Part shown: positions 49,139 through 59,174 of the stretch, one piece after another
Layout of the letters: each line of letters begins with the position of its first letter
How positions within the stretch are numbered: the first letter of the stretch is position 1
NCBI GenBank assembly: GCA_963850905.1
Contig: CAWKMU010000004.1
Location: forward strand, 640,001-704,000
Source of the DNA: an uncultured Gemmatimonadales bacterium
GTDB lineage: Bacteria > Gemmatimonadota > Gemmatimonadetes > Gemmatimonadales > Gemmatimonadaceae
Direction of reading: 5' to 3'
Length of the DNA: 64,000 nucleotides
Notes under the pieces: generated by a model
Seen by the model: only the letters and a program-made list of their open reading frames with translations
Databases searched by the model: none
Told to the model about the DNA's origin: nothing
Translations under genes and position numbers: made by a program

Positions 49139-50253
49139 TCATCGGCGGTCAAAGAAAGAGGGTCCGTCGTCGCGCCGTAAGCGGGTCGCTTGGGGGGCGC
49201 GGGCGCAAACGACTCCAAGTCAAGCATCTTGGCGCGCACGCCCAAGTCGTGAGTCGCCGAGTGCAGAGCGTGCTCCACGATTCGTCGAAGTGTGTCCGGC
49301 GCCGTAGCGACCCGCGCATTGATGATGGCGGACGCTTCGCGAACCGGGGCGAGCGAGGCGCCACGATCCCATCGCGGGCGCGCATCGTTGGTCGTGAGGC
49401 CGATTCGATCGTTGCCGTGCGCAGTGGCCAGCAGGATCTTCACGTGAGCGATGGCGGCGTCGACCTCCGCGCACCCGGCCCGGACCGCCTCGATCACCGT
49501 TTCGCCCAGCCCCGTAGGAGAAAATTCCTTCGTCGAGACGAGATCCACGATGGCGTTGAGCCATCCGAGCGAGGCCTCGGCGCGGCCGTAGGTGTCGTAG
49601 TCGATATCGAGCGCGCGGTCATTGCGAGAGGATGTGTTGAGGAGGTGGCTCACCCACTCGTCCACCCCCGCGCCGGTCATGGCGCTCATGGCTATGACTG
49701 GGACATCGCCAATCCATTCCCGGAGGTGCGACGTGAGGCGGTTGGATTCTGGTGCGTCGAGCAGGTCGCTCTTGCTCAGGATGATGAGCTCCGCTTCTCG
49801 GACTTGTTGTTCGAAGAGGTAGCGGACGCTGTCGTCGAACGGTCCGACGGGGCGGAGAAGCTGGCGCAGGCGTGCTGGCTCGACGAAGATGGAGAGAGGT
49901 GCGAGGGAGAAGGCCGCCGCATGGAAGCGTTGTATCGGCGTGTAGACCGTGGCCGCCAGGTCGGTGCAGCTGCCGACGGCTTCGGCGAGGATCACGCCCG
50001 GCCGGTGCTGCTCCACTAGTTGTGATGCGCTGGCGATGAACTCCGCGAACCGGCAGCAGAAGCATCCGTGGGTGATCTCGGTCACGTCGAGACCGAAGTC
50101 GCGTACGACAGTGGTGTCGACGAGGTGAGAGCCCTGGTCATTGGTGATGGCGCCAACGCGAGTACCTCGCGCGATCAGCTCGCGCGTCGCGGCGATTAGT
50201 GCCGTCGTCTTTCCGGCGCCAAGGAAGCCGCCGATACACGCGAGTCGCACCAT
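49135..50253 (-). CDS. CobW/COG0523-like G3E GTPase (putative metallochaperone)
   Basis: GGFLGAGKTT, ITNDQG, GCFCC, EAVGSC, SKSD; stop overlaps the GH116 start (TTGA). Confidence 0.85.
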   Translation of the reverse strand: MVRLACIGGFLGAGKTTALIAATRELIARGTRVGAITNDQGSHLVDTTVVRDFGLDVTEITHGCFCCRFAEFIASASQLVEQHRPGVILAEAVGSCTDLAATVYTPIQRFHAAAFSLAPLSIFVEPARLRQLLRPVGPFDDSVRYLFEQQVREAELIILSKSDLLDAPESNRLTSHLREWIGDVPVIAMSAMTGAGVDEWVSHLLNTSSRNDRALDIDYDTYGRAEASLGWLNAIVDLVSTKEFSPTGLGETVIEAVRAGCAEVDAAIAHVKILLATAHGNDRIGLTTNDARPRWDRGASLAPVREASAIINARVATAPDTLRRIVEHALHSATHDLGVRAKMLDLESFAPAPPKRPAYGATTDPLSLTADD

Positions 50254-50611
50254 GGGATGTCGAATTTGCCGCGTCGGCTCAGTTCTGCAAGGCGGGACCG
50301 CCATGTGTTCGCCATCGTGAGGCGGATCGACCTGATGGTGGCCAGTTGGCCGAGTAGCGGACGGTTTCCGACGGACCTTCCGGAACACCGCGCACGCCCG
50401 CAGAATTGCGGCGGCCGATGCTGAGTGGCGGCGCATTTGCGGTACGGCGCGCGCGCCGCGTCGCGGAGCGCGGGCGTCCTCTCGCCAGAGCTGGAGCACA
50501 TTTGCCGATCCTGGTTGCACGGACGCTGGTAGGGGCCGAAGGGGGCATGGGTGTCATCCAGTTGTTGACGCGAACGTGACAGTACCAGATGAGGCCACGG
50601 TGCCAATACAT

Positions 50612-51730
50612 ATGAGCGTGCGCGTTCGCTGGTCGAGCGCGCGAAGACTTCTCGCCAGTGCGTCCGCGCTGATCGGCGCCGCCGGCGGTGCGGCGTGTGA
50701 GTACGACCAATACAGCAATCCGATTACAGCGCTGCCGGTGTTCACGATCCAGCAACTCGGCGTGTTCAATGGCGGGAACGCAAGCGAAGCCACTTCGGGC
50801 TCGGCCACGATGCTCGTCGGATGGGCGGCGGACGCGGACAACCAGCGCCATGCCGTGACATTTGCCGGTGGCCGGGCCTTGCGTCTTCCTGAGCCCGCTG
50901 GGGCATCGGCCAGCGTGGCAAATGCGGTGAACGCGGCTGGCGTGATCGTCGGTGCGGCGACCATCGCCGGAATCCAGCGCGCCATCGTTTGGTCATCACC
51001 GACGACGACGCCAACGTTCCTGCCGACCCTGGGCGGCTCTTTTTGCGTTGCGCAAAGCGTCAACGGCCAGAACATCATCGCCGGTGTGTCGCAAACCGCA
51101 GCGGGCGACACCGTGATCGTGCTTTGGCAAACGGGCAATTCTCAGTACGTCGTTGCGCCGTTCGATTCGGGTGGCGGCGTCGGCTGGCAGGCTGTGGACG
51201 TCGACGACATCATGGACGTCGCTGGCAACTTGGGACCCGCCATGAGTGGTGCCGACGCGTTCTACGCGAACCCCGATGTCGGGGTCGACACCATCACGCC
51301 ACCTGGCGCGGGGGCCACCGTCGCCCACGGCATGAACCAACACGGAATCGTGGTCGGCGCCATCATCGCGGGTTCGGGCCCGCCGCAAGCGTTCGCGTTC
51401 ACCGATGCGGCCGGGACCGACGTGCTGGGGATCCCGCCTGCCGGTTACACCGGCGTTGCGGCCAATGCGGTCACCGACAATGGCATCATCGCCGGGACAG
51501 CGTCGACGGCCGACGCTGCCGGCAATACGTTGACCAGCATCGCCGCGATCGTGTCCGTCACCAACCTCGCAGCCACGTTCAGACCTCTCCCTACCCTCGG
51601 CGGCGGCATGACACGCGTAACTGACAATGGCGTGACGCCCTGTGGCGCGATCCTCGGCCAAGCGATGGCCACCACGACGTCGGCCGCTGTTGCAGTCGCG
51701 TGGGTCCCAGCCGGATGCACGGTGCCATGA
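50612..51730 (+). CDS. Extracellular HAF-like repeat lipoprotein
   Basis: Lipobox-like GGAAC; repeats ANAVNAAGVIVG, LPTLGG, AQSVNGQNIIAG, AHGMNQHGIVVG, ANAVTDNGIIAG. Confidence 0.7.
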   Translation: MSVRVRWSSARRLLASASALIGAAGGAACEYDQYSNPITALPVFTIQQLGVFNGGNASEATSGSATMLVGWAADADNQRHAVTFAGGRALRLPEPAGASASVANAVNAAGVIVGAATIAGIQRAIVWSSPTTTPTFLPTLGGSFCVAQSVNGQNIIAGVSQTAAGDTVIVLWQTGNSQYVVAPFDSGGGVGWQAVDVDDIMDVAGNLGPAMSGADAFYANPDVGVDTITPPGAGATVAHGMNQHGIVVGAIIAGSGPPQAFAFTDAAGTDVLGIPPAGYTGVAANAVTDNGIIAGTASTADAAGNTLTSIAAIVSVTNLAATFRPLPTLGGGMTRVTDNGVTPCGAILGQAMATTTSAAVAVAWVPAGCTVP

Positions 51731-53950
51731 TACGACGCGAGCACATTCTGGATGGCGTGATCAGAGCGACGGTCGTGCGCGGCTGGCGCGCTCTCATCTC
51801 GGGAGTTGGCTCGACGATCGCCATCGTATCCTTCGTCGGTGCGCAGCAGCCAGCTCCCCCGCACGATTCCACGACTCGGACCGACACCACGCGACGCGGC
51901 CAACTGCCTTCTGTCGTCGTCAGCGGCACCCGGCTCTCCGACGTCAATCCACACGTGCCCTCAACCATTGAGTCTCTCGATCTGCACACGGCACCTATCG
52001 CGAGCCCTGGGGCGCTCAGCGACGCGATGCTCGAACTTCCGGGCGTAAGCATGTACGACGACCAAGGGGCGCGTCTCCAACCCGAGATCGAGGTGCGCGG
52101 CTTCACCTCGTCATCGGTCGTCGGCACGCCACAGGGGATCGGGGTGTTCCTGAACGGCATCCGGGTCAATGAACCCGACGCTCAGGAGGTTGACTACGAC
52201 CTTCTTCCCTCGGCCGCCATCGATCACGCGACTCTCGATCGCGGATCCAACGTGCTCTTCGGGCGGAACTCGCTCGGCGGCACCTTGCTCATGACCACGA
52301 AGCGGGGCGATGAAACGCCCGAGGCCACTGCCGAGCTCGGGATCGGATCGTGGGGCGATCAGTTGGCGACGGTGACTGCGAGTGGCAGGCAAAGCGGCCT
52401 CGATGCCTTCGTCGCAGCGACGGGAGAGAACGAGGTCGGTTGGAAGGGCGTATCCTCAGCAAACACCCGCAATGTGTTCGCCACCATTGGATACCAGTGG
52501 GGCCCATCGCACGAGAGTGGCGACATTGCATTGGATGTCCTCTACGGCCACGATAAGATCTTTCAGGTCGGCTCGCTCCCCGTGGTGTACGCTGGCATCA
52601 ACCCGCGGTACGACTTCGGACCAGGCGACGACTTCAGCCCGGAGGCCCTGGATCTTGACCTGCGTGGCAACTCCGTTGCGCTCGGCGGCATCCTACGCGC
52701 GACGCTGTTCGCTCGACGCAACGTCATCGGGCAGTTCAACAGCATCATTCCGCCGCCGGACATCGACGACAACACACAGAACCTGAGTGGTGGCACGACG
52801 GTGGAGTGGACGCGACCACTGTTGATCAAGTCTGTGCCGATCGGTTTCACGGTTGGCACCGAGTACTCGCGCGAGTCCTCGGCGATCCGCGTGCTCAATG
52901 TGCTTGCCGGCCCATTGGTCGTCACGACCCTGGCGACGATCCACCAAGACAATGCCGCCGCGTACTCCCAGGCGGTGGCGTCCATCACGCGTCGCGTCGA
53001 CATCACGGCTGGCCTGCGGTACGACTACGTGCACATCCCATATCGCGACGGACTCGACGCTGCGAACAATGGCACCAGCTCGTACAACCGCGTCTCACCA
53101 GAGATTGGGGTGACGGACCGATTCACTGATTTTCTCACCGGGTACGTGGCCTACAAGGGCGGGTTCCGTGCGCCGGCCCCGTTGGAATTGGCGTGTGCGG
53201 ATCCCACAGCCCCGTGCAGTCTCCCGTCCGCGCTTGGGACCGACCCCACGCTCAAACCGGTCACGACGCGGGATTACGAAGGTGGGGTCACGCTCCAGGC
53301 CAACGGTCGCACGAGCCTCCAAGCGGATGCGTTCTGGACCGACGTGTTCAACGACATCGTATTTGCCTCGCCGAATCGTATCCAGACCTTTTACCTCAAT
53401 GCGCCCGAGACGCGCCGCGCGGGAGTCGAAACATCCGCGATCGTCGGCCTGCCCCAAGGCGCCTATCTGACAGCGTCCTATAGCTACATCGCGGCGACGT
53501 TCCAGAGCGTGGTCGCCATTCTCGTCTGCCAACCCCAATGAGCAGCCGACGAAACCCGGCGACTTCTTGCCCTCCTCGCCGCTCAATCGCGGCCGCATCG
53601 GCATTGGCCTACTCCGCCCGCTCAAGTTCCTGCTCGTGAACGCCGAGTTCGCCATCCACGGATTTTCGTCGCAGTACCTCCGAGGAGACGAGGCGAACCA
53701 ACTGCCTCAGCTTCCAGGTTACACAATCGCGGAGATCCGCGGACACATTGACTACAAGCGCTTCGGGGCAAAGTTCGAGATCGAGAACCTGTTCAACAGG
53801 CAATATGACACGTTCGGCGTCGTCGCCCAGAACAACCTGATCCCGATCTACTCGCAACTGCCACTGGCTGACCCCGACGCGCCGATCGTGCCGTTTGTCA
53901 CAACCGGCTTTCCGCGCCGCGTCGTCGTGACATTCAGCGTGCGTTACTGA
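51727..53950 (+). pseudogene. TonB-dependent receptor with a one-base frameshift at about 53521 (real or sequencing error)
   Basis: Plug: RGF...GTPQGIGVFLNGIRVNEP...LFGRNSLGG; barrel AGLRYD, GFRAP..LEL; continues in +1 frame SANPNEQPTKPGDFLP...ENLFNRQY...FSVRY. Confidence 0.85.
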
Positions 53951-54029
53951 GCAATCAAGCGCGGCTAGAAGGGTCCGTTCGAGTTCCTCCATTGATCACG
54001 GCGCACAGCTCGCGTCGACAGCGAGGAAC

Positions 54030-54073
54030 ATGATGAAGCAGCGCAATTCAGCCGGTTCGGAGGTCCCGAGGTC
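54030..54073 (+). pseudogene. Tiny 5' relic of an NADP-dependent oxidoreductase gene
   Basis: GAGGAA RBS, ATG ATG AA, then AAQFSRFGGPEV (typical MDR N-terminus), then nothing. Confidence 0.45.
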
Positions 54074-54094
54074 GCGTCGCCGCGCGATGCTCAC

Positions 54095-55972
54095 CTACTT
54101 GATGCTCAGCACCGCGCGATAAATCTCGCTTTGTGATGGCGAGCGGGTAGCCATTGGCACGAGTGTATACCCAGGGTGCGGGTCGAGGGCCAGGGTGACC
54201 GGCACTGGGCGGAGGACCTCGTGGTGAACCACCGTGAAGACGACCCGGTCGCCTGGGTGATGAGCGCTCAGCGTATGCTCGATGCCAGACCGGTCGAGAG
54301 CGTGGTCGTCCAGCGCGACCACGATGTCGCCGCGATCGAGACCGTCTCGCTCCGCTGGACTCCCAGGGATGATGTTGCTGACGACCGTCTGCCCATCGCG
54401 CGTCGTTGCCAGCACAAGCCCGGACCAGCCCCCTGACGAGGAGAGCCGGTTCACGTTGATCCCTGCGTACCCGAAATCGCGCTCGTACGGCAGGGGATCC
54501 TTGCCGAAGAGGTAGCGGCGGAAAAAGTCGCTCATGTCCGTACCAGCGACCTCGGACGCGACGCGGACCACGTCCTTCTCCTCGAACCCGGGCTTGGGCA
54601 GCGCGTAGCCCTCGTACATCGCGCGCATCCAAGCGTCCAGGGACTTCTGGTTGTTGGTGTGCTGGCGAATCTCGAGGTCCAGCAGCACACCCAGCGCCTC
54701 GCCTGCGTCGTAGTACGAATAGTTGGTATTGATGATGTTGGTGGGGGTGAGGTTGGTCACCCCTTGGAGCGCACTGCCGCCGATGTACCCGAACCACGTA
54801 TCCCAGCTGGCGTCGGCGATGCTGCGTTCGGCGCGCCCGGGCATCGCATCCACTGTGCTGATCAGTCGACTCACATGGCCCAGGTATCGCTGCGGCGTCC
54901 AAAAGCCGGCGCGGAGCGCCGCGACCGAGGTGTAGTACTGCGTCAAACCTTCGGCGATCCACAGCGATGGTGTATGGACCATCTGGGTGTAGTCGAACGG
55001 GCCCAGGGACCGGGGCCGGAGTCGTTTCACGTTCCAGGCATGGAACAGCTCGTGCACCGCCGTGAGCACCTTGCCGTCGTACACGTTGATCATGTCACCG
55101 CGCGTCGTCGGCGTGCTGTCTCCCCAGTCGCTCGTGTAGTTGAGCTTCGTGGAGTTCAGGTGCTCGGTGCCGCCGGCGAGACCGGTTTCATGCACGACGT
55201 GGATGAGGAACCAGTACTCGGCAAACGGAGCGGGGCGCGGGCCTCCGACCGCCGGCGCCAAGATGGGCACGAGTCCATCTTCGACAATGTGCTGCACGTC
55301 CCGGGTGAACTGCGTGTAGTCTTGCTTGTCCATCTCGTCATGGACGACGAAGTGGTACGTCGTGCCGAGGACGGTGACGTCCTTCTCCGTGAACGGCGCG
55401 ATCTCGATCGGACAGTCGGCAAACCAGTCGTAATCGGCGGCGCGGAATCCCGTCGGCCCGGTCTTCTCGAGTCCCGTGGCTATCTTCCAGTCCGCGGGGA
55501 GCCGTGAGGTATCGATCGTGAGGGTGATCGGCCGCTCCTTGGCACCGACTTGATACATCCAGAGGTCCGGGCCGTTTATGGCTACGTGGCGATCGTCGTA
55601 TTGGACCGTGGCGAGCCAATTCGCATACACCTGATATCGAATGATCGCCGCGGTCGCGCCGTTGAGGTCTATTTCCCAGCTTTGGGCATCGGTCTTGTGC
55701 CAGGAAAGCGCGCGGCCCGCGCTGTCGGTGGCGCGAAAGTCCTGGACTTCCGCGGCGAAGTTGCGCACCACGTAGGAGCCGGGAGACCAGACGGCCATCG
55801 AGAAGAGCACCACGCTCCCGACGAGTCCGCTGGTGTGAATGGTCACGTCCAAGAGGTGTGTGTTCCATCGCTCGAAACCGAGCTCGTAGCGGAGCGGCGT
55901 CGCCGCGGAGCAGATAGCGGCCGTAAAGGGGATGAGCGTGACACCCCGGACGATCCTAGCGACATAGCGCAT
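54095..55972 (-). CDS. M61 family metallopeptidase with PDZ domain (second paralogue)
   Basis: MAVWSPGSY, GGTEHLNS, VHELFHAWNVKRLRP, LWIAEGLTQYY, SYYDAG, PDZ SPAERDGL.RGD. Confidence 0.92.
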   Translation of the reverse strand: MRYVARIVRGVTLIPFTAAICSAATPLRYELGFERWNTHLLDVTIHTSGLVGSVVLFSMAVWSPGSYVVRNFAAEVQDFRATDSAGRALSWHKTDAQSWEIDLNGATAAIIRYQVYANWLATVQYDDRHVAINGPDLWMYQVGAKERPITLTIDTSRLPADWKIATGLEKTGPTGFRAADYDWFADCPIEIAPFTEKDVTVLGTTYHFVVHDEMDKQDYTQFTRDVQHIVEDGLVPILAPAVGGPRPAPFAEYWFLIHVVHETGLAGGTEHLNSTKLNYTSDWGDSTPTTRGDMINVYDGKVLTAVHELFHAWNVKRLRPRSLGPFDYTQMVHTPSLWIAEGLTQYYTSVAALRAGFWTPQRYLGHVSRLISTVDAMPGRAERSIADASWDTWFGYIGGSALQGVTNLTPTNIINTNYSYYDAGEALGVLLDLEIRQHTNNQKSLDAWMRAMYEGYALPKPGFEEKDVVRVASEVAGTDMSDFFRRYLFGKDPLPYERDFGYAGINVNRLSSSGGWSGLVLATTRDGQTVVSNIIPGSPAERDGLDRGDIVVALDDHALDRSGIEHTLSAHHPGDRVVFTVVHHEVLRPVPVTLALDPHPGYTLVPMATRSPSQSEIYRAVLSIK

Positions 55973-56101
55973 CATCCCTCCAGCCATTCTGGTCGAGCGA
56001 AACGCACAACAATGGATCCCCATCCTTGAATCCACAAGCCAGTGCGGCTTCGGCTACACAGCGACCATCAAGCAGACCAGGTCACACGTTCCCGTGGCGA
56101 T

Positions 56102-56938
56102 TTATTGCACTGCCTGCACCATCGCCACAATTTCGCTGACGACGAGGTCGGGTCTGTCGCGCATGATGTAGTGACCGCTGCCGGTGGCGAACACGCCTCG
56201 GCGCCCCGCAGCAGCTTTGTCGAACAGCTTGTGCGCGGCAATCCACTCGGTGTCGTCCGGCGGTGGCATCGGGGGCTTCTCAGCCACGATATCCGTGATG
56301 CGGAGACCAGCCGGCCAATTCACGCCGCGCATGGTGCGTACTGTCTCCGGGAAGCCATTCAGCACTTTCTCCATCGTGGTAAATGTTTCCGGATCCTCCT
56401 TCCTGAGCTGCTCGCGCTGCGCTGCCCGCCCTCCCATCAACCGGTCGACGACACTATCCGTAAAGAATGATGCGAGGTTCGGGTCGATCAGCACGGCGCC
56501 CCTTACGACGGTGGGATTGCGCGCCGCAAACAGGGCTGCGAGAAAGCCCCCGTACGAGTGCGCGACGAGGATCACGTCGCCATCGATCCCCAATTGCTTC
56601 AACCCTCGTTCAAGAGCCTTGACCTCCTGGGTAATGCTGTACGGCCCCGGGTCGGCGTCGCTCTGTCCGAGCCCTGCCCGGTCGTATGTGATCATGCGCG
56701 CTCCGGTTCTGCGTCTCACGTCGCGCGCGGTATTGCTCCATACCGAAGAGTTGTCTCCGCCGCCGGCCTCGAATACGATCGTCGGCGGTTTGCCGGTCGC
56801 GACATGGAACTGGAGGCGATACCCGCCAACGTCGACTTTCTGGTCTTGGAATGCGACCGAGTCTTGTCCCTGCGCAACGCGCACCAACAAAAGCAGCAAC
56901 GACACGCCTGCAACACGACCGATTCTTTTCATGCCCAT
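56102..56938 (-). CDS. Secreted alpha/beta hydrolase
   Basis: Signal peptide; VFEAGGG, YDRAGLGQSD, AHSYGG nucleophile elbow, SGHYI. Confidence 0.9.
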   Translation of the reverse strand: MGMKRIGRVAGVSLLLLLVRVAQGQDSVAFQDQKVDVGGYRLQFHVATGKPPTIVFEAGGGDNSSVWSNTARDVRRRTGARMITYDRAGLGQSDADPGPYSITQEVKALERGLKQLGIDGDVILVAHSYGGFLAALFAARNPTVVRGAVLIDPNLASFFTDSVVDRLMGGRAAQREQLRKEDPETFTTMEKVLNGFPETVRTMRGVNWPAGLRITDIVAEKPPMPPPDDTEWIAAHKLFDKAAAGRRGVFATGSGHYIMRDRPDLVVSEIVAMVQAVQ

Positions 56939-57035
56939 GCTGATCTCTGGTCAGGGTGACGGGGACGGGAGCGCGGGGTCGCCGTGGTGAACGGCTACAC
57001 AGCGCGGGATACGGGCGCAAGAGCCGCCCGCGATC

Positions 57036-57755
57036 TCAGGCCAGAAGTACATCAACGTTGCAGTGATCGCCGTTCCCAACGCACGCGACGAGCAACGCGC
57101 GCGCTTCAGTGGCAGAGAGTGGACTCTCTCGACAGACGACATTGGTGCGAGATGGAGTAAGGTGCCGATGAGTCGCACCCGACCCCCAACAACACGCGAG
57201 TGTACGCAGTAGATGATGGTAGCACTCCGCGAATCGGGACGTCCCCGCGGAGGCTGCAGCCGAACACTCGCCACCATGACAACACGGCGTGAGTTCCGCG
57301 CACTCATTCTGCCAATGAACAACAGCGCCGTGACGGGTATGGTCACGATGGCGCCGGCCGGCGTCTGTGCGCACGACCTGCTGCGTGATGGCCGCGACGC
57401 CAAGCACAACTCCCGATGCTCTGGGTACCGCCCCGGGTGCGACGATCACAAGAGTGGACGTCGCCACGACGTGATCGGCGTCATCACTCGCCGCTAGCAT
57501 GGCATTGAGGGTGAGATGTACGGACGCGGGCCCCTCGCGGGCCCAGATGGGCCCGACCGATTCAACGATTGCCGCCTGCCCGTCATGGCGCCCTTGTGCG
57601 CCGTCGAGAACCGCGTCGGGGACAAAAAGATTCGCGTACGCGGCCACGTCCCGCTGACTGGCGGCAGAGTCGGCTTTGGCGAGGAGTTCGAGGATGTCGA
57701 GGCGGTCTGACGCTGAAAGCTCAGCCGTACGGTGGTGGTGGAGGCGCTTCGGCAT
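57036..57755 (-). CDS. NTF2/SnoaL-like protein; C-terminal half appears to be non-homologous read-through
   Basis: LSASDRLDILELLA.ADSAA...AYANLF.PDAVL...HLTLN...VVRTDAG; the sequence after about 57350 is uninformative. Confidence 0.55.
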   Translation of the reverse strand: MPKRLHHHRTAELSASDRLDILELLAKADSAASQRDVAAYANLFVPDAVLDGAQGRHDGQAAIVESVGPIWAREGPASVHLTLNAMLAASDDADHVVATSTLVIVAPGAVPRASGVVLGVAAITQQVVRTDAGRRHRDHTRHGAVVHWQNECAELTPCCHGGECSAAASAGTSRFAECYHHLLRTLACCWGSGATHRHLTPSRTNVVCRESPLSATEARALLVACVGNGDHCNVDVLLA

Positions 57756-57967
57756 GCAGGAGAACCGGCTCGGTGGATATACCGCAACTGCCCGATACCG
57801 CGCAATGTGTCGCGATCTGCGCGTCTGGAACAGAGTGCTGGCGCTGACGCGTCGGAGCGATGAACTTGACCGGAATGGTCGCTCGGTCGCGGCACAGACT
57901 GCAAGAGGCATTTTCGCGGCCGACGCCGTAACAGTGCGACTCCCAGGCTAAGACGGAGCATTCGTCA

Positions 57968-58993
57968 ATGAAACAGGGCACAGAGCTTGGTGCGACTTCG
58001 CAAGTACACGAGCTCCCGTCGACCGCGGACACAGTTCGTGTGGGTGCGATGGATCCTGCTGCGCGTCCCGTTCTCGAGATCGAATCGGGCGACGTCGTGC
58101 ACTATTCCAACACGTGGCTCAATTGGGGCAACGAGCCGAAGTACGGCATGTCTTTCGCCGAGCGCGAACCGATCCGCAAGCGCTATCCCCAGGGACCGTT
58201 CTCACTCGTGGGGCCCGTCGCAGTCCGGGGCGCTCAACCGGGCGATGCCATCGAATGTCGAATGCTGCGCATCAGGCCCATCGATTGGGGCTGGAATTCG
58301 GCGCCACTCGGCGTGGGCGCTCTGCCCTCGGATTTCACGACCTCGTACCTGCAATACTTCCGCTTCGATGCCGACCGTCGTTACGCAGATTTCGGCAAAG
58401 GGGTGCGCATCCCCTTGTCCCCCGTGCAAAGCGTGCTGGCCACACAGCCCTCCGGCAACGCGCCGGTCAGTGCGTTGCTGGTTGGGCGGTACGGAGGAAT
58501 GGTCGCTCTCCGGGAGCTCACTGTGGCAAGCGCGTTGTTCTTGCCAGTCGAGGTAGAGGGTGCGCGCATTTGGACTGGCGGCTCATGGGCGGCGGTTGGC
58601 GACGGGGTGGTCGACAACACGGCCATTGAAACCGCGATGGAGGACCTCCGCATCCAGTATGTCCTGCACAAGCGGGCGTCGCTCGACGGTCCGGTTGCTG
58701 AAACGGACACACACTGGATCGTGCTTGGATTCGATGCGACCCTCGACGGTGCGCTCACCGCGGCCCTCAGGAGGACCATCGCGTGGTTGAGCTCCGCTAC
58801 ATTGCTGTCCGAACAGGAGGTCTATGCGCTTTGCAGCATCGTTGGCGATTTCCGCGTCTCGCAATACTCGCATCAAGTGAACACGATCTACGCGTCGAAG
58901 CAGCCGCAGGCGATGTACGCAGCCATTCCCAAAAGAGTATTTGACGCTGACACCGCGGAGCGCATCGCTGCCTCGTTGGGCGCAGTGGTTTGA
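57968..58993 (+). CDS. Acetamidase/formamidase family protein
   Basis: PVLEIESGD.V, LVGPVAVRGAQPGD, GG(M)VAL.EL...LFLPVEVEGA, GDGVV..TAIET, YALCS..GD.RVSQ. Confidence 0.8.
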   Translation: MKQGTELGATSQVHELPSTADTVRVGAMDPAARPVLEIESGDVVHYSNTWLNWGNEPKYGMSFAEREPIRKRYPQGPFSLVGPVAVRGAQPGDAIECRMLRIRPIDWGWNSAPLGVGALPSDFTTSYLQYFRFDADRRYADFGKGVRIPLSPVQSVLATQPSGNAPVSALLVGRYGGMVALRELTVASALFLPVEVEGARIWTGGSWAAVGDGVVDNTAIETAMEDLRIQYVLHKRASLDGPVAETDTHWIVLGFDATLDGALTAALRRTIAWLSSATLLSEQEVYALCSIVGDFRVSQYSHQVNTIYASKQPQAMYAAIPKRVFDADTAERIAASLGAVV

Positions 58994-59009
58994 TCGACGA
59001 GGCAGATCG

Positions 59010-59174
59010 CTGTATGTCGATCTGTGCGGTGCGAGCGCCGCCCTGCTTGGCGACTTCGGCGACTGCCCGAGCCGCGCCTATCTGCGCGTCGTCGTAGGCT
59101 TGCTTCGAGATTGCGTTGATCTCGACCAACTCCCCGTAGCGGCGCGCAAGCGCTGCGCTCGAGGCAATTGCGGC
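59010..59174 (-). pseudogene. Internal fragment of an AcrA/MexA-type RND periplasmic adaptor gene
   Basis: ALARRYGELVEINAISKQAYDDAQ...A.AEVA...RTAQIDI matches the AcrA alpha-hairpin pattern RY..LV...AISKQ.YD.A. Confidence 0.6.
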
